A stretch of 63,902 bases of DNA, the filler included, from Octopus bimaculoides (taxonomy: Eukaryota), in assembly GCF_001194135.2 (NCBI RefSeq). It is 4 parts of 4 records of this genome, joined end to end, with 100 filler letters (N's around TTAATTAATTAA, not from the genome) between each part and the next. Parts side by side here need not be neighbours in the genome. Positions count along the whole stretch, not along the records: positions 1 to 31,713 come from NC_068998.1; positions 31,814 to 53,122 come from NC_068986.1; 2 more parts are not named here. One strand, 5' to 3'. This document shows positions 25,131-38,022 of the stretch, piece after piece (the stretch's first letter is position 1; every line of letters begins with the position of its first letter). A program made the position numbers and the translations under genes. The notes below the pieces were generated by a model that was not told the origin of the DNA, did not search any database, and saw only the letters and a list, made by a program, of their open reading frames with translations.

Positions 25131-27000
25131 ATTATTCATAATGTTATAACAGTGGAAATGATTAAGACAATAGGGCACCAGACTAGATGCTTTAGAATAT
25201 CTAGTTTCATCTCTTGGATTAAGGGGTTAAAAGTCAGAGCTTTACTTTTTATACTTCTGTACATCAATTCTATTTAAAGTATCCAGATAATTGACAGAAC
25301 AGTTAGAAATGACCAGATCTTTATCATTAGTTTTATAACCAAGGCAACTGGCTGGTAGAATAACGAGCGCATCAGACAAAATGCTTAGCAGCTGTTTATG
25401 TTCTGAGTTCAAATTCCATTCAGGTTGACTTCACTCTTCGTCCTTTTAGGGGTTGAGAAAATGAGTACCAGTTGAACACTGTGGGACAGGGGGGGATGTA
25501 ATCAACAAGCCCTTTCCACTAACTGACTTTAGGCTAAAATTTAAAACAATTATGACTCCAGGTAGATCATGCCTCTACCTGTCTGATGACAACACTGCCT
25601 CTTCCTCGACATGTACTGTTGTAGTCTGCACTTGCCCCCTCTCTCTCTACTATCCACAGAGTACATGTCCAGACTAGAACACACCATGTGGTCTCTTGAT
25701 CTGCTAGAAACAGCAGCCAAATCTCCAAATAAAATTCTGCTATCTTGGCAGAAGAAAGGGCACATTGGATAACATAGTGTTTTAACACGTCCCATATAAA
25801 CTAGATGGCCTCAGCTGGATAAACTTTGATTGTAGATCTACTGACTTGGGGCTGTCTTGTTTAGTCTTGAAACTAAGCAGCAAGAGCTGTTATCACTGTT
25901 ACTGTTGTAGATAACTCTAGTATACACATAAATGAATACATAAGTCGAATGGTATCTAACTTAATTGTGTCACTGATCTAAATTGAAATCCCATGGAGAC
26001 CGGCTTTGTCTTTCACTCCTGTGGAATTGATAAAACAAGCATATCTCTGACATATCCATGTTAATTCATGTGGGTATACCAACCCACGAAACGTATATTG
26101 CCTACAACAGACCTAAAAGCGGTGCTCCTTTAAAGTGCCGCCTGGGATGGACCGCCCCCCCCCAAGCCCCTCTCCACCAACTCCCAGCTACACAAGTGCT
26201 TTCACAATGGAAATAAGACCATTTATGAAAATGTGGAATTTTCACAGGTCAAAATAATTTATGATTATACTTATTCTTGCCAATATGTCATGAGTTTGCA
26301 GAAACAATAGAATTCTTCCAGAATAAATACTTTATTGTTTTTTAACCTTTTATCTCATGCTCCGAATATTTGTGTTCTTCGCATTAGGCTGGGCTTTCAT
26401 CCTGCCATTATTTTCTGTTGTAATCTCCATCTTATTTGTTATTTAGCAAACAAAGTAGAAGAGATTGCCCTGATGACCTTTTGGGTCATTCCTAGATGGA
26501 TGGGTAAAGGATGGGGAGGGGGCAATAAAATAAGCGTTAGCATACAGCAGGACTGATAGTAATTTCATTTTTTTATTTTTCTTGAGCTCTAGGACTAACA
26601 GGGCCAGTTGCCTGGTTTCCATGGTGCATAAGTGGCCAAAATCACAAAATATACCCTGAACTGGACATTGGTCCATTGCAGGGCTCAAAGCTGGTAATTG
26701 TGATTGGCAGGTGTAAATTGGTTATATTGACCCCAATATTTGATTGGTACCTTATTTTATTGACACTGAAGGGACAAAAGGCAAAGCTGACCTCAGCAGT
26801 ATTTGAACTTAGAATGTAAAGCACTGGAGAAAATACTACTAAACATCTTATGCACTGTGCTAACAACTTTGCAAGCTCATTGCATCTGATTCTATCAATA
26901 GTTAAAACTCTGCAAAAATTGCTCTGTTTTTTATTGCCATCTCTATTCGTGCTGTGTTCGAATTTCCTTTCCCTTCTTCAGAGTTAATAAGGTATAGTAC

Positions 27001-27332
27001 ATCAGTCAATGAAATATCTATCAGTCAATGAAATATCTATCAGTCAATGAAATATCTATCAGTCAATGAAATATCTATCAGCCAATGAAATATCTATCAG
27101 CCAATGAAATATCTATCAGCCAATGAAATATCTATCACTCAATGAAATATCTATCAGTCTATGAAATATCTATCAGCCAATGAAATATCTATCAGTCATT
27201 TAAATATCTATCCAGTTTCAATGAAATACCAATCAGTCATTTAAATATCTATCCAGTCTCAATGAAATACCAATCAGTCATTTAAATATCTATCCAGTCT
27301 CAATGAAATACCAATCAGTCAATGAAATATCT
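27001..27332. repeat. 19-bp minisatellite (ATCAGTCAATGAAATATCT) with a 41-bp higher-order dimer
   Basis: 10 monomers (27001-27190), then 3 x (19+22 bp) dimers (27191-27313), then one monomer (27314-27332). Confidence 0.95.
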
Positions 27333-28255
27333 ACCCAGGCTCAGTAAAATAACTCAGTCGTATCAGGTCAATTATATTATGACTCTACTGAATCACTGAA
27401 GTATCAAATTAAGATGTTTCTTCCCCTGCGTTTTTTTCGTTGGCAGTGGTTAACAGAAGAGAAACTTCGACGCCATTTAGAGTGTTATATCAGAGTGTTA
27501 TTGAATCTGATGCAAATGAGTGACTCCTGTCAATTGTTACAGATGTTACCAGCAAATCAATACATCAAAAGAATCATCTCTTATTGCCCTTATTTCTAAA
27601 CTTCAAGAGGTCATTGGGTACCTTTGTGAAGTTGGTCTGACAGCAGCATACAAATTGCCAAAAGGTCAAGATCATATGTACAGTCAGCAAGGTGAAGGTC
27701 ATCTGACAGACCAGACTGTGAAAAGAGACTGAACAAGGGTATAAAGTGTTTTAGAAAGAGTCGCGTCTGGATAAAGCCATATTGGAACTTAAATGAGAGT
27801 AATAAATAGCACAAATGTAACAGCAGCAATGTAATTAAATGTAATAAGATGCATGTTTATATAAATCATATCAAATTGATTTACAGTTTTTATAGCTGGT
27901 GTTGTTGTTGTTTTATGTGTAACATATGTGCCATGACTGGTTGGCCAGTTAAACATCTTATGAATTGGTCTAAGCTGAATACAACATTTATTGTCCTATC
28001 GTGGTAGTTGAGAGTGAGTAATGACGATAAGCTTCTTTTCAGACATGGTGCAGAGAGAATTACATAAGAAAGATGGAAGATATAGTCGGGAGTGGGGTTG
28101 GAGTTTAACCTCAGAGGTGACATTTCAGGATTCCAAGGGGAAATTTTTGGAGGATTCAAGTAAGGAATATTGTTTTTAGAGGATGAATAGTTCATTGTCA
28201 TTTTAGGGGACAAATAGTTCATTGTTATTAGTCACATTAAATTTATCTGCCTTAG

Positions 28256-28475
28256 CCCTTTAGCATTTAAACTGGCCATATCCAGCTTAAATATTCTACC
28301 TGCTTTATGCTCAAACTGGCTAGATCTAGCCTTTCACACCCATCCTACCATGTCATTCTAAAAATAAACGATCATATCATTGAAATCTCAAAGTTATGAG
28401 ATAATGCATGATTAATTCAAAACCATGTGAATACATAAGCATTACATTTGACAAAGTAATCTGAATGCCAAACGG
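28256..28475. mobile_element. ~220-bp piggyBac-like MITE
   Basis: Ends are CCCTTTAGCA / TGCCAAACGG with degenerate TTAA-like flanks (ttag/ctaa). It is the reverse complement of the copy at 28965-29186. Confidence 0.75.
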
Positions 28476-28504
28476 CTAAATAAGGTTTTAATTTATACAA
28501 CTAT

Positions 28505-28505
28505 A

Positions 28506-28596
<91 letters not shown>
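28505..28596. repeat. Long (TA)n microsatellite between inverted MITEs
   Basis: Read directly from the sequence. It is one of dozens of (TA)n/(TG)n/(CA)n tracts in the window. Confidence 0.95.
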
Positions 28597-28602
<6 letters not shown>

Positions 28603-28727
28603 TCCTTTCTGTTGAAGAACATAGGTTTGAAACGTAAAAAACTTTTTCATTTTCCCAAGCATCAAACTAATACACCTGCTTGTTGTTCATACACCTGTCT
28701 TCATCTTTTTCTCTAAATTTCAACTAA

Positions 28728-28773
<46 letters not shown>

Positions 28774-28964
28774 AAATGCATATACATAAGTATGTTTCTT
28801 TAACTTGATTTACATGACAAAATATACAAAGACTTGATATCTTGATGCTGTGAAATATTGCATGGTAAATTCAAAACAATGGGAATAAATAAGCCTTACA
28901 TTTGACAGAATAATCTGAATGTTAAAGAGTTTAACATTAATTAATTATCATTGTCATCATTTAA

Positions 28965-29186
28965 CCCTTTAGCACTCAGATTACCCTGTCAAAGATAATG
29001 CCTGTTTATTCGCAGCGTTTTGGAATTAATCATGTATTGTTTTGTAGCTTCAAGATTTTGATGATGTGATTGTTTATTTTTAAGAATGACATTGTAGGGT
29101 AGGTGTGAGGTGCCAGATCCGGTCAGTTTGAATGTGAAATAAATTGAATATTTTGGCTGGATATGGCCGGTTTAAATGCTAAAGGG
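28965..29186. mobile_element. ~220-bp piggyBac-like MITE, opposite orientation
   Basis: TTAA|CCCTTTAGCA ... TGCTAAAGGG|TTAT. The 10-bp TIR is perfect and the TSD is TTAA-type. Partial copies lie at ~28860-28932 and 10753-10820 (TGCTAAAGGG|TTAA). Confidence 0.8.
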
Positions 29187-31713
29187 TTATATCCTTGTTC
29201 CACGCTGGCATGGGTTGGATGGTTTGACAGGATCTGACAAGTTTAAGGACTGCATTGTGCTCCATTGTCTACTTTGGTGTAGTTCCTATGGCTGGATGCC
29301 CTTCCTTTTATGCCAACCACTTTACAGTGCACTATGGCTTTTTTTTTTTCTTTTTACATGCCACCAGCTCTGGGGAGTTTGCCATGCAGCTTTCAAGACT
29401 ACAAAACTTCTGTTAGACTACAGAAACAGCCTTGTGAGTGAATTTAGAAGTTGAAACTATGTAGAAACCCATTATGGGATATATATATATATATATATAT
29501 ATATCAATATCATCATCATTTAACATCTGTTGTCCATGCTGGCATATGTATGTATGTATGTGTATATGTCTCTTTGTGTCTGCATTTGTCAACCCTCATT
29601 ATTGTTCAGCAACTGTTGGTTTGTTTATGTACCCCATAATCTAGCAGTTCAGTAAAAGTGACTGATAGAATAAATACCAGACTTACAAAAAGCAGAAAGA
29701 AATGAGAAACAAAATAACAAAACAGAGAAACCCATAAGTATTTGATTTGATTTATATCATTGAAACTCTTCCAAGTGGTAGCCCAGAATGGCTGCAGTTC
29801 GATAACTGAAATACACAAACTATAAAACATAAAAGGAGATACTGAACCAGCTGCGGAATATGGTTTTGTTGTACAGAATTAAAATGCAACAGATTTTGAG
29901 GGCATAATGGTATTGGCTAAAAAGAAAAGAGAAACAAAAAGAACAATTGCTGCTAATCCAGTATTGAACAGCTGTAGATGCCATGGAAGGAAGGTAGAAG
30001 GGGGAATATTGAATAAAGGAAGACAGTTTTAAAGAAGTGATTATCTATGGTCGCTTCCTAAGATTTTACTGACAAGAAAAACTATGGAACGAGATTTGTT
30101 GTCACTTATTTCAAGGTTTTATTTATTTATTTATCTATTTATTTTTGATGATGTTCGGCCATCTTGGACTATATTAGTATGCAGCTATCTTTGTTTATTG
30201 CAGGCATTTGGTCCCTACCGCTGCTGCCNNNNNNNNNNAAAAAACACCATGTTTAATTAATCAGTGATAAATGACTAATAGAACCTATGAGAAAAATAGG
30301 TTTTGTCCCAAGACCCCAAGTTCTCCTGAGCTTTGAGGATGGTTGGCTGGGGTATGCTTTTGTGGTCCTAGCAGAATCTTCGACCAATTGCAGATCCATG
30401 TTATCATCGATCAATTTGTGAAAAGCATTACACAGTAGGACCATCTTAGCAGCTTTCTAGCCAGCCACTACCTCATTCCCAGGCAAATCAAAGCAGTGAG
30501 CCCCATAGTATTGACTACAAGCCACAATATACATAGATCAGAATCGGACCCCTTGACCTTATGTCAGGTCACTTTCAAGTGCTCTTGGTAACATGTTAAC
30601 CAATACAGCCTGTCGCATCATCAGGTTGTTGGCAACTAAACCAGCAACTCCACTAAGCTTGCTTGGTGAGGAGGGTGATTAGGACACCTGTAGGATGAAA
30701 CACAAAACCTATCAAAGGGTGGAGGAACTCGTAAGAGTCAACGGTCACCCAATAGTGTGGAGGAGTTAATCTCATTGACCAAATAAAAACTCAAGCCAGG
30801 ATCGTGGAAAAGTCATGAGGAGCAGCATGGTGGATATGAAGTTGAGCGAATTGATCTTCATTTGGTTAAACTACATGACATGGTCTGAGAACTGGTGATT
30901 TGAAAACACTACAGAGTTCTAGAACTGCACAGTGCCACCAATTGAAGTTGGATGACTAGAAGAAATAGTTGTAGTAGTAATAGGAGTAGTGAACCCATGA
31001 GTGTCTCTGGACGACTGCCCAGTAGGCCCATGCCTTAAGACAGCCCTTGAAAACAGTTCACAATTAGTCTCTGGATTAGTGATGAATTAATTAGAGATAA
31101 ATTAGGATAGACGTATTATCTAATATGTTCTGATTGATCACTGATTCATGTTATAGATCCATTTGTAAAAAGTGTAACAGTTTACAGTTAGCATACCATG
31201 TTATCCCAGATCAGTGGTGACTAAATCAATTATAAATAAAGATACATGTGTGAACTAATAGCCCCTTTTTAAAGGTGATGTGACTTGTGTGAGTTTTGGT
31301 TGCTATTTCTAACCAGCCAAGTGACTGTGTGAGAGTTTTGGATGCTATTTCTAACTGGCCAAGCAACTGTGTAGAGTTTCATGCTTTGTTGGTTACGCCG
31401 ATAATGTTGATAATTGTGTGACGAGTGTTAAAGCTATATTTGTTTCTTTAAGTAACAAATATTTTGAAAGAAAGTGGGTTAAATATTTCAACTATTGATT
31501 GTGTGAGAGAGAAAGAAGGATAGAGAAAGATATGATAGATATATACATAGATAGAGAAATTGAGGTGGATAAATAGATGGATAAATAGACACAAGCAGGG
31601 AGTTAAGCAGACAGATAGATGCATAAAAAAATAGGAAGATAAACATACAAGTTGATGAATAGATAAACATGCAGACAAACTGACAGAGAGACAGATATAT
31701 ATATATATATATA

Positions 31714-31813
31714 NNNNNNNNNNNNNNNNNNNNNNNNNNNNNNNNNNNNNNNNNNNNTTAATTAATTAANNNNNNNNNNNNNNNNNNNNNNNNNNNNNNN
31801 NNNNNNNNNNNNN
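31714..31813. other. Synthetic 100-bp scaffold spacer N44-TTAATTAATTAA-N44 (also at 53123-53222 and 62634-62733)
   Basis: The same 12-mer, a palindrome with stops in all six frames, is centred in identical-length gaps three times. Confidence 0.92.
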
Positions 31814-32439
31814 CCAACAATGGCGAAATTGTTGCCCCGAATAACTTTCTCGTCCCCTTTTGAAGCCTCTATCCTCGGGAAATGTACAAAGGACATTTAG
31901 CTATTATTTTTTGCAAGGAAGACGACCATATATCACCTAGGTTGAATAGGAAACGAGAACAATGAACATGTTGGTAGCATATTGATGATAATAATAATGG
32001 TCATGATGATCAGAGTGATGTTGATGAGAATAACGATGATGAAGCTCACGATGATGATGATGAAGAGGAGGACGATGATAACGATGTCGACGACAAAGAC
32101 GATGACGATGATGAGGTTGATGATGATGATGATAGCCTTTTGATATGTATGTTTTCCTCAAATGACATCTTCAACACAGTAGTTTCACAATCTTTGACAA
32201 CCTAAAAGCTATAAACAATTCTAGGTCCTTTCATAACAGTTTATTAATATTGGACATTTCAGAAGGATGTCACCTTCAAGAGCAACGACCTCGGCAACAA
32301 AATCATCAAGTGTAATATAAAACAACAGCAACATCTAGAAGAGCAACAGAATTCACAAAGCGATTGAGATTCAAATAAATGACACCACACAACCATTTAA
32401 TTCTTTTTCTAAAGCTATTACTAAAGAAAAATCATATTA

Positions 32440-33112
32440 GTTTCGAAACTTGGCGTAAGACCAGAAATTCCGCGGAAGGATGTAAATATATGACCTGAAA
32501 CCTAGTGTTCGACAGGTCCTCTATTCTTGTCGACCCCGAAATAAATGAAAGGCGAAGTTGACGTCGGAGGACGAATTTGAACTCAGAACGTAAACGCAGA
32601 TGAAATGTGGCTAAGTACTTTTTCCCGGCACGCTAACGATTCTGCTGGGTCACCGCCTTAAGAAAAAATCGGTATTAGTTTTATATTTGGGCACAAGGCT
32701 AGTAAGTTCGAAGGAGGGTTAAGACCCCAAGCGTTCAACCGGTACTTATTCTATGGTTCCCAAAATGTATGAAAGGCAAAGTCTACCTCGGTAGAAATTA
32801 GACTCAGAATGTAGAGACGGACGAAATAGCGCAAAACATTTTGACCGGCGTGCTTAACAATCCTACCAGCTCAACGCACTAAGGAAAATTAATGGTTTCC
32901 AATGTTTCCACAAGGGCAGAAGTGTTTTGAGGGGAAGGAATGAATCGATTACATCGACCTCAGTGTTCAACTGGTACGTATATTATAGACCCTGAAAGAA
33001 TGAAGGGCAAAGTCAACCTCGGCGGAATTTCAATTCAGAATGTAGCGACGGGCGAAATACCGCAAAGTATTTCACCCAGCGCGCTAACAACTCTACCAGC
33101 TCGCCACATAAA
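32440..33112 (-). mobile_element. Head-to-tail trimer of SINE family D (~225-bp period)
   Basis: Three successive GAAAGGCAAAGTCGACCTCGGCGGAATTTGAACTCAGAACGT...GCTAAC..TCT.CCAGCTC-like units. Single copies lie at 7880-7990(-), 12310-12475(-), 16240-16390(+), 24465-24610(+), 25345-25530(+), 26620-26885(-) and 36245-36450(+), with a dimer at 51990-52430(-). Confidence 0.8.
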
Positions 33113-33394
33113 GGAAAATTAATGTTAATATTAAAACCAGATGATAATTTAACAAATCTTGGTTATGAAACTTGTATTATGCAACTAATAATCATCTTAT
33201 GTTTCTGGAACGGACGTAAGATGATATCAATAAATATCTTATAAACCTTCTAACTTACATAAGACTGTATCTAATAACTTATGTAAGATTGGCTCTAAGA
33301 TATTTATAAACCATCTCTCGTTTTGTTTTGCTTCCTACTAATTCGACAATAATGATTTTCTAAAAGAAACCAGTATTAATATTCAGTTCCTAGA

Positions 33395-33812
33395 GGTAGG
33401 CATGGCTCTGCGGTTAAGACCTCATGGTTTTGCGACTTCATGGTTTTGGTTTCAGTCCCGCGCTTCGACATCTAGGGAATGTCTTCTGCATTATCACCAG
33501 GCAGACCGAATATAGTGGACGGAAGCTGGAAGACTATTGTATATGTATGTGTATTGTTCTTTCTGTTCGGATTTACATCACCACCGTCCCACATATGCCA
33601 CAGCTTCGCAAGTTTTGCTCTGTTTGCGTCCCTGTACTTTAGTCATACAGCACCAAGAGACAATAGTATAACTGGGAGGCTTAGAAAATAAAAGTAACAA
33701 AAAAAAAAGAAGAAAGAAAAACATCTCAGAGAACTAAGTACATGGGTCGATTTGTTTGACTAAACTATTTAAGGCATTACTGCAGCATGGCCGCAGTCCT
33801 ATGGTTGACGCT
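33395..33812 (+). mobile_element. Diverged SINE family A copy
   Basis: Head AGGCATGGCTCTGCGGTTAAG...TTCAGTCCCGCG and tail GCAGCATGGCCGCAGTC. Confidence 0.7.
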
Positions 33813-34184
33813 AGTAGATGTTGCTGTAAGTGCTGTGGAGACGTTGAATGTTATTTCCAACATATTTGACTGGTGTTACGTTGATAGTTTCATGGTTGAT
33901 ATACATTTGTATTTAAAATCTTCGGAATTCTTTCTTGCTGCTTGTAAGCAAAAATAGGATCGAGGCTTGGTAGGTGTTACTTTAAGCTGTTTGCGATCCC
34001 TGGTTTATTCGTGATTAATATTGTTGCGTAATTGTGCTTATGGGAGATAGTAGGATGTAAGTGAGATCATGTACACGTATGAGCTCGTAGGTATGTCTTA
34101 AGGTAGTGTAGAAAGATAATGTAAGTATAGCTTCGAATCAAAAAGGAGCGAATACATGAATCCTTTGTATACATTTAAAAATAC

Positions 34185-34400
34185 TTCTAGTTCCTCCCGT
34201 GCTGCTCAGCGCATTCGGCGGCATGACCCTCCACGTGGTTCGGTCGACTATTACTATTGCAAGTATATTTCATGTAGTCCCCTCCTATCTTCAAACCCTC
34301 TTGGAATATTCGACGCCAAGTGGTCATTGACCTGTCTCTTTTTAAGTTGGAAGTCATGTGGTACCCAAGTCATGACTATTTGTAAGTGCCGTTGATTGGG
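34185..34400 (-). mobile_element. RTE/RTE-X-like LINE 3' ORF terminus
   Basis: The minus strand reads WVPHDF..KRDRSMTTWRRIFQEGLK...DRTTWRV/HAAECAEQHGRN*, resembling the KRxRGRPxTTWRRxxxEDL...DRxxWR ending of RTE ORFs. Confidence 0.5.
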
Positions 34401-37400
34401 TAGACAGAGAATGAGGTGTGTTAGGCGAAATCAGCGCTCTGGTACACTTGCAGAGTTCGTGACCTCGCTCTTCTCAGAATTTCCCTTTTTGTGACACACT
34501 TTACGAGAGAGCAAAATTTCTGAATGCGCTTTGTTCTATATAATCCCTTCTTCCATATGCAAACAGCCTGATATTTTAGGGGAGAACGCCGGTCGATTAA
34601 ATCGTCGCCAGTGCTCAACCGCTACTTCATTTACAAGTTGAAATCCATCATCTTGGATCTCATCAATATCATTGGCGGCTTTCAACTCCATTTGTCTATG
34701 CAGTTGTGAACTAAATACTCAATAACTTAAGAAACAAATGCCAACAAGAAACTTTATTCACAGCAACTGGAGACAATATAATGAATAACAATTATAATAA
34801 AAATCTGAGCGTAGTTTTGGATGTATTTAAAGAACACTGAGGATGTTTCTTTTTAATTTTAGATCCCAGTTAAACCCACATCAGGGTCAGACAACGTAAG
34901 TACGGGTAGCGTTGTGATTGTCACTCATTGACCATAATCAAAGAGGAAGCGATGGCACTAGAAGTAAAATGGAATACGCTAGTAATCACAGATACGATGG
35001 TGCCCCAGTATGACCAGAGTCTCTGACTGAAACAAGCAATTGTTTAAGTAAAATTAACTCCAAGAGGAACCAATATTATAATAGTAGAGAGTTGGAAATA
35101 ATAAAACAAGGAGATATCGACACAGATATAATATGCAAAGAAGGCTTCCATATATTTATAGATTCGAAAAATAAACCACGTGGGAATGAACTTTGAAATG
35201 AATAGTCTTGGTCGATAGAACTTTCTGGTATAATGAAAAATACGTTTAGATTTCCGTTGCCTTAGCTCCACAGAAAGCAGCCTACCACGTCACAGTAGAT
35301 AGAGACAAACACCTTCAAAGTAGGTTAACTTGAATAAAAAGCGAGCAATCGAATTTGCTTGGCGAACAATTGAAAGGAAAACGAATCTGATATTTTCACA
35401 AGGGTACGTGATTCTTTTTGTGATTTCGTATATTATAGGTAATGTGTTTTACACTAAACTGACTCTTGTTTGTATACACAGCTATTAGTTTCAGATAATT
35501 TCTGTGAAGATATTCGTTTAGGAAAAACAATATAGGGGTAACACTGTAAATGAAACCGAGCGTAAAACTTCAGGGAAACATATTTCATCGACCACTAGAA
35601 AAAAAAAAGAAAGACAAAACAAATGATAGGCAAAGTTAACACATGCACGACTTAATGAAATTATTATTATTAGTAGTATTAAGAATGATAAAAATGATGA
35701 TAATGATGATGTTGAAGGTGATGATGATGATGATGGTGGTGGTGATGATGATGATGATGATGATGATGAAGATGATGATGATGATGAAGCTTTTGATGTT
35801 TGTGGTGGTGATAACGACGACGCTGGTAATCATCATCATCATCATCAAAATAAGATCAATAACAGTAATAAAGTTCGGCTGTTTATATATTTTCCAACTG
35901 GTCACGCAAATTTAAATATTTATAAATGATTGAAAACCCAGATCATGACTGATTGTCATGATTTCTATAATTAACGAAATGTCTGCGAGAGAACCGGCTT
36001 TACTAGTCATAGTACTGTAAAAGACTCTCTCTCTCCTGCTATATTGCATTCTCTGAAAAAGACACACTAATTATATGCAGACAAGTTTTCCTTCTACATG
36101 TTAGTCTAAGGATAGTCATAACGTCCATGACCTTTACAAGTCCTCGAACGCGAATGATGCAGATTTGGCGGAAGTAGATATAAGCTGATTATTACTCTGA
36201 GATAATCATATGAAACGTGAGTATTTTTTAATACAAAATCTAGGGTAGCAAGCTTGTAGTGTCGTTAGCACACCGGGTAAAATGTTCGTGGTTACCTCCT
36301 GCGTTCAAATTCCGCCGAGGTTGACTTTGTCTTTCATACTTTCGGGATTCATAAAATCAATACTATTTGAGTACTGGGATCAATGTAATCGATTTACTCC
36401 ATCTCTTCAAATTCCTGGCTTTGTGCCAACATTCGAAACTATTATTAATTCTAATCCTTCTTGACATATTTCATCTAGTCTTCGGTTGGAGTGGAAAGTA
36501 GGGTCGATATGTTGTGAGAATAATTGTTTATTCTGACCAGCGACTGTTGAGTTAAACATAGAAGATATAGCAAGTACCTTGTGTTCTAAAAATTGCAGCG
36601 TATTTGTGAGTGAAGTGCATGCTTTACTGCTGCTTTTCAATGTGTAGCTGTCTAGGACACGTGTGTAAAAGTTGTTACATTCCAAGTATTTCAAGTAATA
36701 TTGTGTATATCATTCTTGAAATTTATATATTCTCAATAGCTGTTCATAATTTCAACAGTTTCCAAGCCTGAGGTAAAGGCACGGCTTTTGAGTTGCAGTT
36801 TTGTCTGTACAATATTCCCAGGAAGGATTATCATATCAAGGAAGCTGGAGAACTCGGAGCAGCCTGTGGATTGTTTAACCGAACTATTAACTTCTTGCGT
36901 TTCTCAAAATGTCTTTATATGTATTATCAATACATGCTTCTAAACCCTTGTGCGATATTCAGCCGGTGACAAAGCCATATTCACGGCCAGCATATGTGAA
37001 TAATTGTAAAGGAAAATCAATAATAGAAGCCCGTAACCCATTGGTGCAATGAAGCACCATTTGAATGCATCACCATTATGTTCTGTCTAACGCATATCAA
37101 TTGGCAGATGATCAGCTATCTCAGACTTTTATTTCACATATGAATTTAATCAAAACATTGCCACATTGTAAAGCAAAGAAGATTGCATGAATAATGTCCT
37201 GAGATATATAACTCCGTAGCGCCTGTAATGGGTAAAGTGGCCGGCGCCGATGAATGATAAATGCTATTGAAAATGATACAGTGAATTATCGCCGTGACAT
37301 TAAAGAAAATGGCGAATATTTGTGCAGTATAAGAACATTCAAATTATTTAGCAAGATTCGACTATTATTAAACGGAACCGAATATAAATAGAAACAGTAA

Positions 37401-37427
37401 TGATATGTATGTTTTCATATATTTAAG

Positions 37428-37495
<68 letters not shown>

Positions 37496-37967
37496 GTGAT
37501 AATTCAAAGTTTTATCAACAAAATGTACGTTAAATTAAACATAACAGCCCTGCCTTACTAAAAGCACATTGTGAACGTACAGCCAATGAATATAATCGAA
37601 ATGTAGATAGAAGTATAAACCTGTGTTTGCATTTAGAATGTAACAATTCAAACATCCATATTTATGTATTTTTGATAAGGTTCGTTTTTACAAGAACCGA
37701 AACATGTTAAAAGTATCTCTGACAAAATGTTAAATTAAAATTCATTTTTTATATATTGGCGTTTTCAAACTTCTGTTTTATAAATATATACCCANNNNNN
37801 NNNNNNNNNNNNNNNNNNNNNNNNNNNNNNNNNNNNNNNNNNNNNNNNNNNNNNNNNNNNNNNNNNNNNNNNNNNNNNNNNNNNNNNNNNNNNNNNNNNN
37901 NNNNNNNNNNNNNNNNNNNNNNNNNNNNNNNNNNNNNNNNNNNNNNNNNNNNNNNNNNNNNNNNNNN

Positions 37968-38022
<55 letters not shown>

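Noticed and set aside
26335-26556. ORF MFFNLLSHAPN...FHPAIIF as the NHE FFNxLLPPIIF exon
   Set aside because: The resemblance is superficial. The FDPE, LLPP and AGYS residues are missing and there is no suitable splice structure.
27001-27332. CRISPR-like array
   Set aside because: The units are contiguous with no unique spacers, the context is eukaryotic and there are no cas genes.
31758-31769. Recurrent TTAATTAATTAA motif as a biological site (also 53167-53178 and 62678-62689)
   Set aside because: It is always centred in N44..N44, which marks it as an artificial six-frame-stop scaffold linker.
34863-34895. 33-nt micro-exon candidate (TTTTAATTTTAG|...|GTAAGT)
   Set aside because: The splice signals are good, but in the phase-1 frame required after NHE exon 1 it reads D-P-S-stop and has no NHE similarity. 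A poison exon cannot be excluded without RNA data.
36407-36990. Possible ancient RT remnant on the minus strand (also 30250-31000 and 46250-46560)
   Set aside because: Only vague motif echoes are present (e.g. EYGFVTG, LVWLGHWK). This is not enough to call without a profile search.
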